Shown: positions 38,401-53,400 of the stretch, piece by piece
How the letters are laid out: each line of letters opens with the position of its first letter
Numbering within the stretch: the stretch's first letter is position 1
DNA from: Lytechinus pictus
Lineage: Eukaryota
Assembly: GCF_037042905.1 (NCBI RefSeq)
Contig: NC_087246.1
Location: forward strand, 10,108,001 to 10,172,000
Direction: 5' to 3'
DNA length: 64,000 nucleotides
Position numbers and translations under genes: made by a program
Notes under the pieces: model-generated
Told to the model about the DNA's origin: nothing
Seen by the model: the letters and a program-made list of their open reading frames with translations, nothing else
Databases searched by the model: none

Positions 38401-41400
38401 TAAGTCAAATGTACAAAAAAAATAACAATAAGGTGAAAACACAAATTAAGCATCCACACAATACCTCACAATGTAAACTCATTGTTACGTTTTATCTTAC
38501 AGAGACAGGCAGATTGATGGCAAGATACTGTGTAGCCTTTGAGACTATGAAGCAGTTCACCAAACTTAATGGCAATGAGACTGTGGCGGACTTGGTGAGT
38601 CTTCAGATCCATTACACACACACAACCATCTACCTCTTTCTGTGTGAAAAGGAGTGATCTTGATCCTCCACATGTTCATTGCAGTGGATCTGAAAGTTTT
38701 AATCTGAATGTTTACCTTAATGCTTTGGGTCTAATAAATTAACAATGTAGATAAATGTTACACATGCTATTTTACTCTGTATTTACCTTGGTTGTACAAG
38801 TTATTGATAGGTGTTTCTGAAATTAAGAAAAATTGAATATATTAAAAATGACAGGAGAAGATTCTTCAATCAAATAGCTAATTATAATCAACAAAGAGAA
38901 TGAGAGACAGACAGACAGGAGTCTAAATTTGACTATTTGTACCTAAACTGTAGTAATTGTAATTCTCAATATTGGAAAAATGTTTCCTGTTGTAATTCAT
39001 TCAGTGCCTTTAATATGTAGATTTGTTTCTTTTCAAATGAATAAAAATCCTAAGATTTTAATAGGGAATCAAATAGATACTATGAAACATAATTGACACT
39101 GCACCAAATCTCTTTAATTTCTGAACTTAATAGATGGTACTTCTATCAAAATGCAAGGAATTCAGTGATGTTCAGCTGAGAGTGAATGAGAGGAAGGTTT
39201 TGAACAAAATGAACAAAGACAAGAACCATGTTACTATCCGCTACCCAATGAATGGAAAGATCAAGACAAATGATATGAAAGTCAATTGGTAAGAAGGAAT
39301 TTATATTGTATGTACAATCATCCAACTTGATATACAGGATTGTTTAACAAAGATTTAAGTTTGACTTAAAGACACGCTGAGCATGGTCTGACATAATGTG
39401 GTGTTGCATGATATACCACTGGCAACTGGTAATTGAACTGCAAGTTTTAGTGAGACTGTATCGTTTGTGAAACGCCCCCCCCCCCCTGATTAGTTTCAAC
39501 TTCAAATTTCTGCTAAAGAGAAGGAAGACAATACTAAAGTTTTTTATTTTTTTTAAGAAATAAATATATTCAACCATTTATCATATACATATTTTTTTTT
39601 TTTGGGGGGGGGTATTTTCATTCCAGGACTCAACAAGAAAGATTTTAGATAATCAGCTTCATTTACAAAACTTTAATATCTTTTCATTAAAGAAACACAA
39701 TTATCAGTAGAGGTATTTATGAAGAAAAAATAGCTTCTCTGTTGAAGAACTTTAAGTGTTGCAATATTTGGGCAAATAATGTCAGAGGGGGGAAATGAAC
39801 AGGACTAGGTAGGTAGTTAAATTTTGTTTTAATCATACTTTTCAAGCTCCTAGAAATTTTGTCAAGCAGCATTGATTTTTTTTTTAATGTGTTGAACAAT
39901 TTCAATTCGTTGTTGTTTTTCTTAGTTACTCAACTTGATCTTGTCTTTATATTATGATTTTCTCATCGTTTTTTTTTCTTCTTTTCAAGTTTGATCCAAG
40001 CCACCTTAGGATCTATTCCTATCCAGGAGTTTGCTCTCAATCAGGATTGCTATAAGATATTCAGAGCAGGCCAGAGACTTACTAGATGTGAGCATTTATT
40101 TCTTATTTTAGCTAATAAAAGGCAATAGTATTTCCGTCAAGCTCTAGTTCTAATCTCATGATCTCAAGGTTTGATATTTCTAGGAAAGAGCCTACTTTGA
40201 CAATATTGGCATACTCTTTATTTTTTTCAACTTCGGAATCTAGGTCATTTCATCTTTTCTGTTGATATATATCATACATCTTGCTTAGTCTGCTCATATT
40301 TTTAGTGTTTTGGAGTCTAATGATACTTCTGATTTTTACAATATCAAGTCAATTGTTGGAAAGATAAAGTTGAAGGAAGTAAACTGGAACATATTTTGAT
40401 AAATGCATGTTTGAGCCATTACACACTTGAACCTGGTCATTCTTGTTCAAAACCTACTGGAATTTTAGATTTTGGAAATTAATGCATTTTTTAAAGAAGA
40501 GCAGTAAATCATCATTGTTCTTATGTTGTCAGGTCTCACCGAGTATCTGATGACCAGAACAGAGTTCAAAGCCTTGCTCAATGCTGTAATCACATCCAAG
40601 TGCATTCAAGCCAAGCTGTGGGAGAATTCTAAGTATGTAGCCAGACAGCTAGAGAAGATAGGTCCAACCATGTCCAATGCATTGGTTCATGCTGGTCTGG
40701 ACACCTTTGAAAAGCTAGAGAACAAGAACCCCAGGGAACTGGAATTGGTGAGTTTGTTAAGACTTCAGTGAGTCCATAGCTGCCAACTGTCCCCGTAGAA
40801 TAAAGTCAATTTTTTTTGTCAAAAGAGATAGCCATTACAGCCACTGTCTCCTATTTTTTTTTAAAATCTGTATGTAACTATACATCCCTATTTCCAGACC
40901 CCGTCTTCCCATTTGCCCTACTCTAGGGCTTCCTGGTCGGCTGGTGTTCTAATTACATAGAATATGACCAATTTTGGCACAATTGAAAGATGCTGTTTTA
41001 TTATATTTCTGCAAATTGAAGCAGAACTACATCATGAAAAATGAATGAATTTAAAGTGTATCAGAAGTGATATAATTTGCATGGATGATTTGATTGATTT
41101 TGCGTTTTCTAGATTGTAAATCGCCATCCTCCATTTGGGAATCAGATAGTAGAAGCAGTCTCGCATCTTCCAAAGTATGATGTCTCGATTGAACAGGTGC
41201 ATATTACCATCCTTTTTATCTTGCTTTTATCACATATGTGTAAAATATTCAAGTAACCTACGCCATAAGACCTCAAGTTTGTCATTGATGATAATTACGA
41301 AAAAACGTGTCATTAACTACATTATAAAAGTTGAACTAAGCTAGTAATGGAGAATGGTGTTGTTTTGATGATTAACTACTGACAAAAGCAAATGGGTGTC

Positions 41401-44400
41401 ATGAAAAAAAATTATCTCTCGCCTCTCTTCTCCTTCCTCCATATTGTTGAAAGTTGAGCATATTTTCATGTTGTAATCTGCTGAAGATATGAAAGTACTA
41501 CAGAATCATATAGAAACATGCTAAAATAAACAAATTTAGAAGAATGAACATGTTATGTAGACCACCTTGTAAATCAAATTAGGGCTGGATAGAAACTGAA
41601 ATGATGCTTGAAAGCATTCACTTTTAGATATCAGCCTTGAAAACTAGTGTATCTATTGACAATTTTATGACTCTTACAATATCAAAGAAATGCTTAACTT
41701 GAGCGGGTTTGTTGATATAGCTATTAGTGGTTGTAGAGGAAGAAATATTTTATATTCTGCCATATTGTATTTGACCTAACTCAGATTTCAAAGTACAGTC
41801 CTGTGAAATCAGAACTCAACATCACAGTATGTCTTCAGAACCATGAGAAGGTCGCTGGGAAACAGACCACTAAACCAAACCATAATGTCATCTTACTCAT
41901 AGGAGATGCCAATAACAAAGTAATCTACAAGCAAAGAATAGCGTAAGTGTGAATGTCTTTGCGAGAATGTCAACAATGACAATGTGCTATACATGCTCCA
42001 TTTTCATTTCTCTACTCTTTGTTGGTACAGTGATCATGTTACCTGGGTTTTAAAATTAAGTTTTTGGAGATTTGTCATGATTATACATAGTCCCATGGAG
42101 AAGAATCTGAGCCATATCCTCCTGGTAATTTACTAAACAAGCTTTATTGCTAGGTTGTGTAAAGTGACAACCATTTGAGCACTCTGCACTCAGTGTATGC
42201 AGGTGTTTGATATATAGCATCGTCATCATGCAAATATTAACCAGTAAACTACTAAGGTTAGAATTTTAAAAATATATAGCTATTCCTGGTTAATTGCATG
42301 ATTATTCAGTGTAATTGATTATTTAGTTGTGTTTTCCCCTTGTTTTGTTAATATTACAAGGTAATGCTAGTGGAAGAAAATTAAGAACGATCTAATGATT
42401 TCAATAAAGACTGAGTTGTGATTCCTTTATCTATGTTACATTTCTCATACCTTTCACTTTTGACCACAATGTATTGGTACAAATTTTTTCATGATTAAGA
42501 AATGCTTTATTTTGGAATGTCACAACTTCAGAGATAGCCAGTTGTTGCAGTCTGGTATATGGATGCGTAAGATAGAAGTCAAGAGAGTTATGAAAGGAGA
42601 AGATCTCAGTATTAACCTCATCAGTCAAGACTTTGGTAAGAGTATTTCTTTGATCTAATAGATGGTTGATAAAATTCTTTTTTTTTTCAGTATGATTTAA
42701 AATTTCAACCCCCTTGCCAGCCAAAATGCTAAATTACATTACATTTACAAAATTGAAATCTGAGGAACAGGAATACTTATCATGCAGTTATGATGTTGAT
42801 CTTGAATCAATTCAACTAATTGCATGAGTTACATGAGTGAAATCATTGATGGCTTGTAGTAGTGTATCAGATGTGATATCCATATATATTAGTAATAATA
42901 ATAATAATATAGGTATATTTACCCAGGGAAGCTACTTCGGTTCTGAAAACTGTTCTCCCAGTGGGCCCTGCTATTATTATTACCCCGGCTTTAGCTGGGC
43001 TGCCTAATACATTTATGAAAGAGGGGAAGATAGAAAGAGTGGAAATAGAAAGGGACAAACTAAATTAAATTAAGATTGTGATTTACCAGGTATCAACAAT
43101 ACATAAAAGTAAAATATATAAGTGAGAAGAAAAGTATGATTCAAAGTGGTTGTAAACCTCTATTTCAATCATTCTTAGTTGGACTTGACGTCCAGAGCGT
43201 CTACACTCCATTCTACTCTGGACCAAAGCACCTTAGAGCAGCAGCAGCAGACAGTGATACTCCGGCCTCTCAACTGACTCAGAAGAAACCCCCTGCGAGA
43301 AGACTGGTACCTGGCCTACCTGGACACCCTATCATGAATAGAAACCAGTTACTTGGTATACCTGATACGGTGGATTCTCAAAAAAGGTTCACCACTACAG
43401 ATTCTTCTTCACCGCCATTTGATGACGGTATACAAGGTGAGGGGGTATGCAAAAAAATATCAATCCAAGTATCTTTTGGAAATGTCTCATGAAAGACTCA
43501 TCACATGTTTTATCTGACAGTACCATAGTAAGTAAGACACTTGTGCTTCTCTCTTAGCCAATCAAAATCAAGGATAGTTGTCAGACAACCATTATTGTTG
43601 TTTATTTGGTGAAATGGAATACCTTTTTTTTTTAATTTCTTCTGGTACTCAAAACTAGACTTTAATAATAGCAAAGCTTGATTATTGTTGGAAAGAATTA
43701 ACATGACATTATAACATCACAATCCATTAAAATGCTGCATGCCTTGTCTTTGGGGTCCACACTAAGAGTACCTGATTCTTCCTTTGATATGTTTCAGTTA
43801 AGGCACCAGCTAACAGTAACATGTGTCTAATATTTGTGATGGTAATATTATGGGATATTTTAAAGATTTCTCACCTTTTCTAGATAAACTTGAATTACAG
43901 ATTTTGAAGCGTATGGAAGCCGCAAGCCCTGTAGCCATCGCTGCTTAGACAAGGACACCTGCGCCCATGACTGCTGTAAGTTTGGCATCCCTATCAGACC
44001 TCCTCCTAGACCTAGAGCCCAATCCACCAAGAGGTTACAGATTCCTGATCAAGGGTTACCTACGACCAGTGCAAACGCCAGTAGCAACACTAGTATGAAC
44101 TCCTATGATCCAAAGAGCATTGCCACCACACCATCTAGATCTAGAGGACTTCATGGTATTGATGGCGTCCTGGATCTGATGAGACAGAGAGCTCGTGATA
44201 TCACCGTCACCCCTAACATCAAACGCTTGAAGGTAGGAAAATCTACATGATGCAAATGAATTTGGATAACAAATTTCAGACCATGAGTTTTGCAATTGTC
44301 ATCAAACTGTTGTATTTAGTTTTCCATGATGAAACTCCATCATGATTTTGCAAGGTATCTCTAATCTGGTAATTGTTGCTGCATTTATTTCAAATGCTCT

Positions 44401-47400
44401 CATTTAACCAAGAGCAAGTTTATAGCTTCAGGCAGACAAGATTCACCAGGGCTCAGGGATACAAAAGATTTCAATTAACTGCTAATTGGCATTAGCTAAT
44501 CAAGATAATTGTTTTTATTTAAACATTTCCTTAAAAACACTGACCAGAAATAAAACAGCAATGTTCCATCACAAACCTTTGTGTTACGGGACCCAGCTAT
44601 GTGCAATTTCACTGTGAATTTTTATAATCTTTTGTTTATCAGTGTTAAGTTTTTGGGAAGTAGGGGAATATTTCAAATATGCAAGTAACATAAAATAAGA
44701 GTTGAAACAGGGTTAGGCATATGGCGATGATATATTTATTCCCTGTACCAATACTTCAGGGATACTTTATGGTAACAGATATATGGTAACAATTATTATA
44801 TCACCAGTGCCTTTACCTTGTACTTTGTATCGCTTCCATCCACAGTTCAGTGACTCAACCCCTACCCCCTTACCAAAGCTAGATCAGTTTGCCTACACAC
44901 CCAAAAGAAACTTGCTTCCTGCCATGAACAGAGCAGCTGCTACCTCTACCAGCAGGGCCCCTCCTACCACTGCCACACCCAATCCTAAGGAGCCTCAGAG
45001 GACTCATGGATGGGAACACTTGGACTTCTACAGGCATCAGCGGCAAATGGAACTCTCTGATTTGCTGTCTGAAGAGTCCCATGGAGGAGAGGATGATGAT
45101 TATGGTGGTAATGATGGTATGTATTGTGTAGGATGGATGATACTGCTTTGATTTGCAAGCTAAATAGATATTTATGATGAACTGCAAATGTTACAACAAA
45201 AAGGGATATTTGATTAAATATTAAAAATCATTTTCATCCAGATATGTGCAACTATCAGTGTTCTAATACAATCTATTTCTATACCAAAATTATGAATGTT
45301 GTCTAGCTTTAAGGAAGATTAGCAAGTATTATACCTTCTGTACAAAGATTTATCTTTGCATGCTTTATGTTCATATATTTAAATCATGACGAAAAACCTC
45401 CATTTGAGAACACTATACCCCAGTTTCCCTTGCAATAAATTCTCTTCTCCAAGTATGACAAAACCTACTGCCCCAAGCATGCAATGTAAGTATCAAAACA
45501 CCTGTTTCTTGACCTCGGTCCGAAGATAACACAACAGCCCGGCATATACAGTCACAGCAGGGGGCCACACACGATGGGATGCATGCGCAGCGCTGAGTGC
45601 GGACCCGGTAAGCGCGCCGTCATTTCTATTCGCTTACTTTCCTTATTTCGAGGTCGATTTTCTTCGTTCGAAATTAAAAATGGACTAACATTGAATTTCT
45701 GAATACAAGATGCCTTTGAAAACGTGATTAAATATCGAATACAATAATTTCATTCAGAAGGTCCTACTACAGGCAGAGAAGTCTTACGTAATAGCACAGC
45801 TGTTGTTTATCATTTTGTCCTTGGCTCAACGCTCATAATCTGGCCTGTGGAGGTGAACAGCGGGGATTACCTGGCCAAGCGGGGTTGATCAGGCGGGTGT
45901 TTCATAAAGCTTTTCGTAAGTTAAGAGCGACTGGTGATCCTGTCTTGCGGTAAATGGTACACACCATTGGCGATAATCACCAGTCGCTCTTTAAGTCGCT
46001 CTTAACTTACAAACAGCTTTATGAAACGGCCCCTGGGCTTGGAAATGATGTTTTAGATTTTCAAATGCAAAATGGGGTGAAATACCGCAGTTTGCAATCT
46101 GAACTGCGGTACGTTCTCAAACGGGGGTTTGACGTAATTTCCTGCTCTGAGTCAAAACACAATATCTTTCAAATTCTTGATAAAGAAATTATTAAAATAT
46201 TACAGAGCAGCTGTAATTAATCATCCTGCATTCTATCAATGAGTATCATTTATGTTCAGTAGAGTTCACCTTCTTTCCTTCTAACAGAACTCCCAGAAGT
46301 ATCTCTTGGCTTTGATAAAGGACCAGATGACCTTCCTTGTTTTGATATTGGAGGGAATGATATCTATGATGTAGATGACATGGATGACATCATCTGTATG
46401 GGTGACCTTGGGGACAACTTTCACCAAGATCCCAGTGACAACATGAAGGAGAATGTGTGCCCTCCAGCCAAATCATCTGAATGCCCTACCTACCCACCAA
46501 AACAAACATCAGGGTTTCTATGGACAGATATGCCACCAAGACAGCCACGTCCCATACAGGAGCAGTCAGTCCCGAATGTGAGAGTGCCACCTGGGCGGAC
46601 ACTCTGCAGAGGCGAAGCTGGCAAATCCATTGCTGCATCCAGTGCAACCATGTCAATGCCAGTCATGGAGTATAGTTATACCTCCAATGTTGCTGATCAG
46701 TATGTCCCTCTGGTTAGAAGAGGTCATCCTTCACACCAATCTATGAGACCTGCATACAATAACACTCTCAGAGGATCATATGGACCTCGAGGAGGCCTTG
46801 GGATCCAGTCCCTACCAAGACCTCAGCTGAGTACTGCTTGGACCAAACCCCTTCCTAATCCTGCTCCTTTAGGAAAACATGGAACAAGGTAGTTTTGACT
46901 CTAATGCTTTTAAATTATGTTTGCATTTAAATCAATATCAAGACTGATTTAAAAAAATGATATCACTATTTTTAATGTTAATACACAACTAATATTGATA
47001 CCATTTAATAGTTACATAACTTGAGAATGTTACAAGAAGTAATGTTAAGAACAATGCACAAGAAACTATGTACTTATTTGGAAGTCTTGTAATTGTAATG
47101 TTTGGTATGATGTTGTGCTCACTCTGTATCTTCGCATCTTGACAAACAAATTCAATACCTAAAAGTTTGATATTGAGGGTCAATTAATTTTTCTTCTCAT
47201 TCATTCACTAAGGCAACCTGAGAGATCCCCTCTGAAACCCTTGTATGGTAAGGCTGTCAGGAATCTAGGCTTTAATCCAGTCACTCCTACCACAAAGCCA
47301 CCTACTGCATGTCCGGCAAGCAATACTAGCCCTGATGAGATGTCCTTGGTGACATGTTTAGATGCTGTTGAACAAGACTACTTACAAAAGGTATTGTCCA

Positions 47401-50400
47401 TTCACATTGTTCATGTGCATTTATACCTTAGAGATTTGCCTGGTTAGGTCACGAAGGATGTGACTTGATGCCTGCCAAGCTTAAAGTACTCACTGCGTAA
47501 AAAAAAAGAGTATATAATTGGGTTTTATGATCACAACATAGTACATAATCACAAAGATTGCCCATAGTAACTGTAATATAAAAGTTGCATGATAAGCAAT
47601 TGGGGGGAGATAACCATTCTTAAAATAGTCTCTTTGAAGACTGCATCTTTTTTATAACATCAGGGGGGTGTTTCACAAAGATTTAAGTATGACTTAGAGT
47701 CGCACTTAAATACCTGGTTGCGTGTGTTATTGTGGTGATAACTGATAAAGGTCTGCAAGCGTAGACTATACTATGTTATTACACGTGACCACTTGTACTG
47801 AGAAAGCTATGGCTGCTACTAAGATGACGGAGTAGTGATGTAGCTCACCTAAAAAATGTCTGTTGTAAATACGTTACAAAGAACTGCATGCCTACTGGAC
47901 TTTGATTTATATTCAACATAAGATCCAACCATGGTGTCAGATCCTGCATTATTATGCTGAGTAACCCACCGAGCCTTGAGATGGAGGAATCATTTAAATC
48001 AGGCCAGTTCATTCCATTTTCTCCCTAACCCTCGTGAGGAGAGATGGTGAAAGACAAAGAGCTTATTGTATTGTGTATCAGTGAATGACCATTGCAGTGT
48101 GATATGTTATGTCCATAGAAGTTGGCTCTGTCGTTGTATGGATTTGGAGTGCATGAATGTGCCTGGCCAAACTCCAGTACGACGGGCAGTTAGCGTGACG
48201 TTTATGGGACATGAACATTATATCTCAGTGAGAGTAGTAATTATTGAGCGAACATAATTGTTGAAAAGATACAAATATGCTAATTATTCCCGGGGGGGGG
48301 GGGGGGCCACTTACATTGACGAGTGGATACCATGCATAACCCAAAAAACATGTAAAAAGGATGTCTTTTTCAAGATAGGGCACGTTACGTCGTGATAAGG
48401 GTGTCAAAAACACAAAAATAATGAAAAAAGGGTATCTATTTTGCTAGGAAACTACATGTTTGGGGTCAAATTTGCGGGGATGATAAAACAAAATTAAAAT
48501 GTTTTATAAAGGATGTCCTTTTTGCCCCAACACTACTTGTTTAGAGTCCGATCTGCAAGAGGTGTGGAAGGTGGGGCCGTACTAAACCGACGACCGACGG
48601 ACCCGTGACATAACAATAAAATATCGCTGTACTTGTTTAGGGGCTCATTTCAGGGAATACTTGCCAAGAGTATCATTTTGTTTTCCAATACTTGTTAAGG
48701 GTAGGGTTTCAGACGCCAATACTTGTTAAGGGGTGCATTTTCAGATTATGGAAAATGCGTGTTTAGGGTGCTTTTCGAGACCACATGGTCGCGCATGGTA
48801 TCCACTCGTCAATGGAAGTGGCCCCCCCCCCCCCCCCCGGGTAATTATTATACTGTTCATGAGTATATGCACATGTGATATGGTTTGTTAAAGTTACTAA
48901 AGTAAGACAAAGTTACTAACATTAACGATACACAGAGACAAAGACAACAACAGACAAAATGACAAATCTAAGTCAACCTCCTCCACTTGACTTAAAGGGA
49001 AATATTTCCGAGAATTGGAAAAGATTCAAACAAAAATTCACTCTATACAATGTTGCCTCACGAATGTCAGTAAAAGATGACAAGTCACAAACATCAATGC
49101 TTCTACACGTAATTGGTGATGCTGCCTTGGAATTGTATAATACATTTGTATTTGCCGAGGATGAGAGCATGAAGCTTGAGAAAGTGTTGAACAAATTTGA
49201 GGAATATTGCATGCCAAAAAGTAATTTAACGTATGAGAGACATTGATTTTTCACAAGATCACAATTAGAGCATGAGAGTGTTGATCAGAATGCAACTCAA
49301 TTTGCGAAGTCGTGCACAGTCATGTGAGTTGTCTTCGTTGAAAGAGAGTCTTATACGGGACAGAATTATCTGTGGTATCTTAGATGATGGTCTAAGAGAG
49401 CATTTGTTGAGGCTAGATGATCTCACATTGGATAAAACATTGCAAGTGTGTCGGGTGGCTGAACAAACTCGAACGCAGGCCCAAGCGTTGAGTTCCACCG
49501 GTGAAAATGCCTCAATTCCGGTTGATTCTCTCAGCAAGAATAAGAAATCTTCTGGTAAAAAGTCAAACCAAACAAGACAAACAAAACCTCCAGATCGTAC
49601 TAACAATAAAACATGTTCAAGATGTGGTAATAGACATACCAAAGAAAAATGTCCTGCACAATGTAAAACATGTAAAAGTGCGGTAAGCAAAATCATTTTG
49701 CTAAGTGTTGGCGTACCCCAGTAGCAAAAGTCAATGAATTGCAACACTTAAAGGTAGATTCAGACGGTTTCATGATTTGTTCAGTGGATTCACAGGAACA
49801 TCCCTTACAAAAAAATTGCTGGTTTACCATTGGAATACCATTCGGAAGTACCAGTGGAATACCATTCGGAAGTACCAGTGGAATACCATTCGGAAGTTCA
49901 GAAGTACCATTCGGAATACCATACAGGAGTACCAGTGGAATACCATTCGGAAGTACCAGTGGAATATTCATCTGGAGTATACCAGTGGAATACCATTTGA
50001 AAATACCATTCAAAATGTATCATTGGTACCATTCATCCACCATTGAAATGTACCATTCGATCTAATTTACATTTTTTGGACAAATTTGCATATCAATGGT
50101 AATGAACGGTACCATTCATCCACCATTGAAATGTACCATTCAACCTAATTTACATTTTTCTGACAAATTTGCATATCAATGGTAATGAACGGTACCATTC
50201 ATCCACCATTGAAGTGTACCATTCAACCTAATTTATATTTTTTGGACAAATTTGCATATCAATGGTAATGAACGGTACCATTCATCCACCATTGAAATGT
50301 ACGTTCAACCTAATTTACATTTTTCGGACAAATTTGCATATCAATGAACGGTACCATTCATCCACCATTGAAGTGTACCATTCAACCTAATTTACATTTT

Positions 50401-53400
50401 TCGAACAAATTTGCATATCAATGGTAAATGAATGGTACCATTCATCCAACATTGAAAATACCATATAAATTGTACCATTGGTACCATTCATACACCATTG
50501 AAATGTACCATTCACAATCCACCATTCATCTACCATTGAAACACCATTCACAATCCACCAATCGTCTACCATTCACAGTCCACCATTCATCTACCATTGA
50601 AACACCATTCACAATCCACCACTCGTCTACCATTGGAACACCATTCACAGTCCACCACTCATCTACCAAAGACATACCATTCAGTCCACTATTCTTCTAC
50701 CATTGAAACACCATTCACAATCCACCACTCGTCTACCATAGACATACCAGTCACAGTCCACCATTCATCTACCATTGAAACACCATTCACAATCCACCAC
50801 TTGTCTACCATAGAGACCACCATTGGACTACCATAGATAATCTACCATTGGGCTACCATAAAGTGCACCATTGGTCTACCATAAAAAGTGTACCGTTGGT
50901 CTACCATAGATAGTTTACCATTGGTCTACCATTGGGTTACCATAAATAATCCACCGTTGGTCTACCATACAGAGTCTACCATTGGGTTACCACAAATAAT
51001 CCACCATTGATCTACCATACACGATCTACCATTTTGCCACCATTCAGTTCCATAGGCTTACGATTAAACAAAATGAACTATTTGTCTACTATTTAACTAC
51101 TATAATTACTATACCACTCAATTTTTTAATTTTTTTTATTTATGGCAAACTAGTGAATAGTGGGCAAAAAGTAGACAGTGTATACTATTACAAATTGAGT
51201 CATTGGTATAATATAAAACGAGCATGATAAATGCAGACAACGTAGTACAAAATTTGTACAATATATACAGTCAATAATAAATATAAGTACATAAATTATA
51301 TACCAAAAGATAACAAAAGGATATGATTTTAATTTAACTTTCAATAACATCTTTTATTTCTAGAAAAAAAAGCAATATAAATAAAGCACATGGCTCTGCA
51401 CCTTTGCATTAAAAAAATACTGTATCTTTGTCTTTGGTACATGAATACAAACATAACCTAAAATGTATGATTTTTTTACACTGTGATCCCAAAAATTTGA
51501 GCTATCGACAAAAAAGTAACATGCAAAACAGAAAACTGCCTCAAACATTCCTATATAAATTGGTAGTTAAAAACATGAAGTAGAAACTTACACCTTTCAC
51601 ACACTGACAAATATATATTATATACATGTATATACACATCTAAAATACAATAGTATGTGCTTGCTATGTAAAATTAATGTTCAACCTTTTGATTACTAAC
51701 TGCTCATTCCGCTGTCTTGACCAGAAATGAAGTTTAACATGAATAATGAAGAACATACATGTAATTAGAAATGCTTCAGCCAGATTTCAAATACCATATA
51801 ATGCTAGTTTATATGTTCATACTTCAGCCTATTAAAATGGGCATTAACTATACAAAAATCACCCGGTTGAATATTCAAATTATTGAAAGTTGACTTAAAA
51901 ATGCAAGTTTTCCTGTATTAAATGTCCTGCCCTTTTTTTTCTGATATCTCAAAAAGATGTTATATTTTACTTTTACATATTTTCTTATATTTTACTTGTA
52001 CATTTTTTCATCAGTGAAACAATGATATAAAATTATTTTATGTACAAAATCCTTGGTAATGTTTGTTAGTTGATGGCATTGTTGGTGTGGAATCATGCTC
52101 ATCTTATAAACAAATAAATTATGGGGGTGGGGTTTATAATGCTTGGCAGAGTTTGTATTGTATCATGTCCAAGAACAGAGTTGTATCATTAAAATATAAA
52201 TATGAACTGTATCTAAAAATGCAGCATAATACATACTTTGTATATATACAATGTCTAGAAGTTTATATATTTGGCAAGGTATTTTTTAAAGAGATAGAGA
52301 GAGCTAGATTTGCTTACAACTTAGACATTACATTTCTTCTCTTGCTGGAGTTAATTCACTGATGTTACACATCACAAAAACACTTTGTTTAAAGATGATG
52401 CTGGGTAAAAATTGCACTGAATGAAATTTCTGAAATTATTTATGTGGGGGTAGAATAATTGACACAAAGCTGAGGGACAGAAGGGCCTACATAATGGAGT
52501 TTCCTTCAGTGCCCCCCCCCCCCCACCCTCCTGGCCATCCCTATGTGCATACAGATAATTATATAGCATATTATAATTCACAACAGTTTGGCAAGAATTA
52601 AAGAGTAAGTTCCTGTGTTACCATACCTAATTAATCCCACTTTGTCACTTAAAAATGATCTCTGAAAATTCTTTGGCAATCAATGGTTCCTCCCCCGGAA
52701 GAACTAAACATGAATAGTTTGTTACATAACTTTTGTTTTCTATAGGAATGATACTTCAATAAAAATATACTTTTTTACTTGACAAAGTTACTTGAAAAAA
52801 AAGAAGACAATTTGTTTTGTTATGACAGTCAACTCATATGCATTTACGGTATTCAGGCAGTGTTTTTGTTGAGGAATGTGGGTTCCTTTCCAAAGATTGA
52901 GGAAAAACTGATTTCACTGGAAACATAATTTGTATATGTTACAAGAAATGTTTGATAGAAATGATATGAATACCCGAGACCACACAAATATACACACTGT
53001 TATCATACATAAAATTCACATCATTGTGGGCATTACGGTAGTAAGAATTACACAAATGAGGTACCTTTCGAAAAGTTCTAACACGCCCAAGCATAGCCAT
53101 GGAAATTTAAACTATTTCAAATGTAAGATGACGACAATGTTCGACTTCGTTGATCGACTAAAGTTCGATGATCAAGTTGACGAATAAGATGACAATGTTC
53201 GATGATCAAGTTGACGTATAAGATAATGAAGAAGTTCGACTTCGATGTCGTTGATCGACTAAACTTCGATGATCAAGTTGACGAATAAGATAATGACAAA
53301 GTTCGACTTCGATGTCGTTGATCGACTAAACTTTGATGATCAAGTTGACGAATAAGATAATGACGAAGTTCGACTTCTATGTCGTTGATCGACTAAACTT

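Noticed and set aside
49693..50065. Repeat peptides STSGIPFG / PNGIPLVL as a novel protein
   Set aside because: Products of a 24-bp minisatellite that is open in several frames on both strands.
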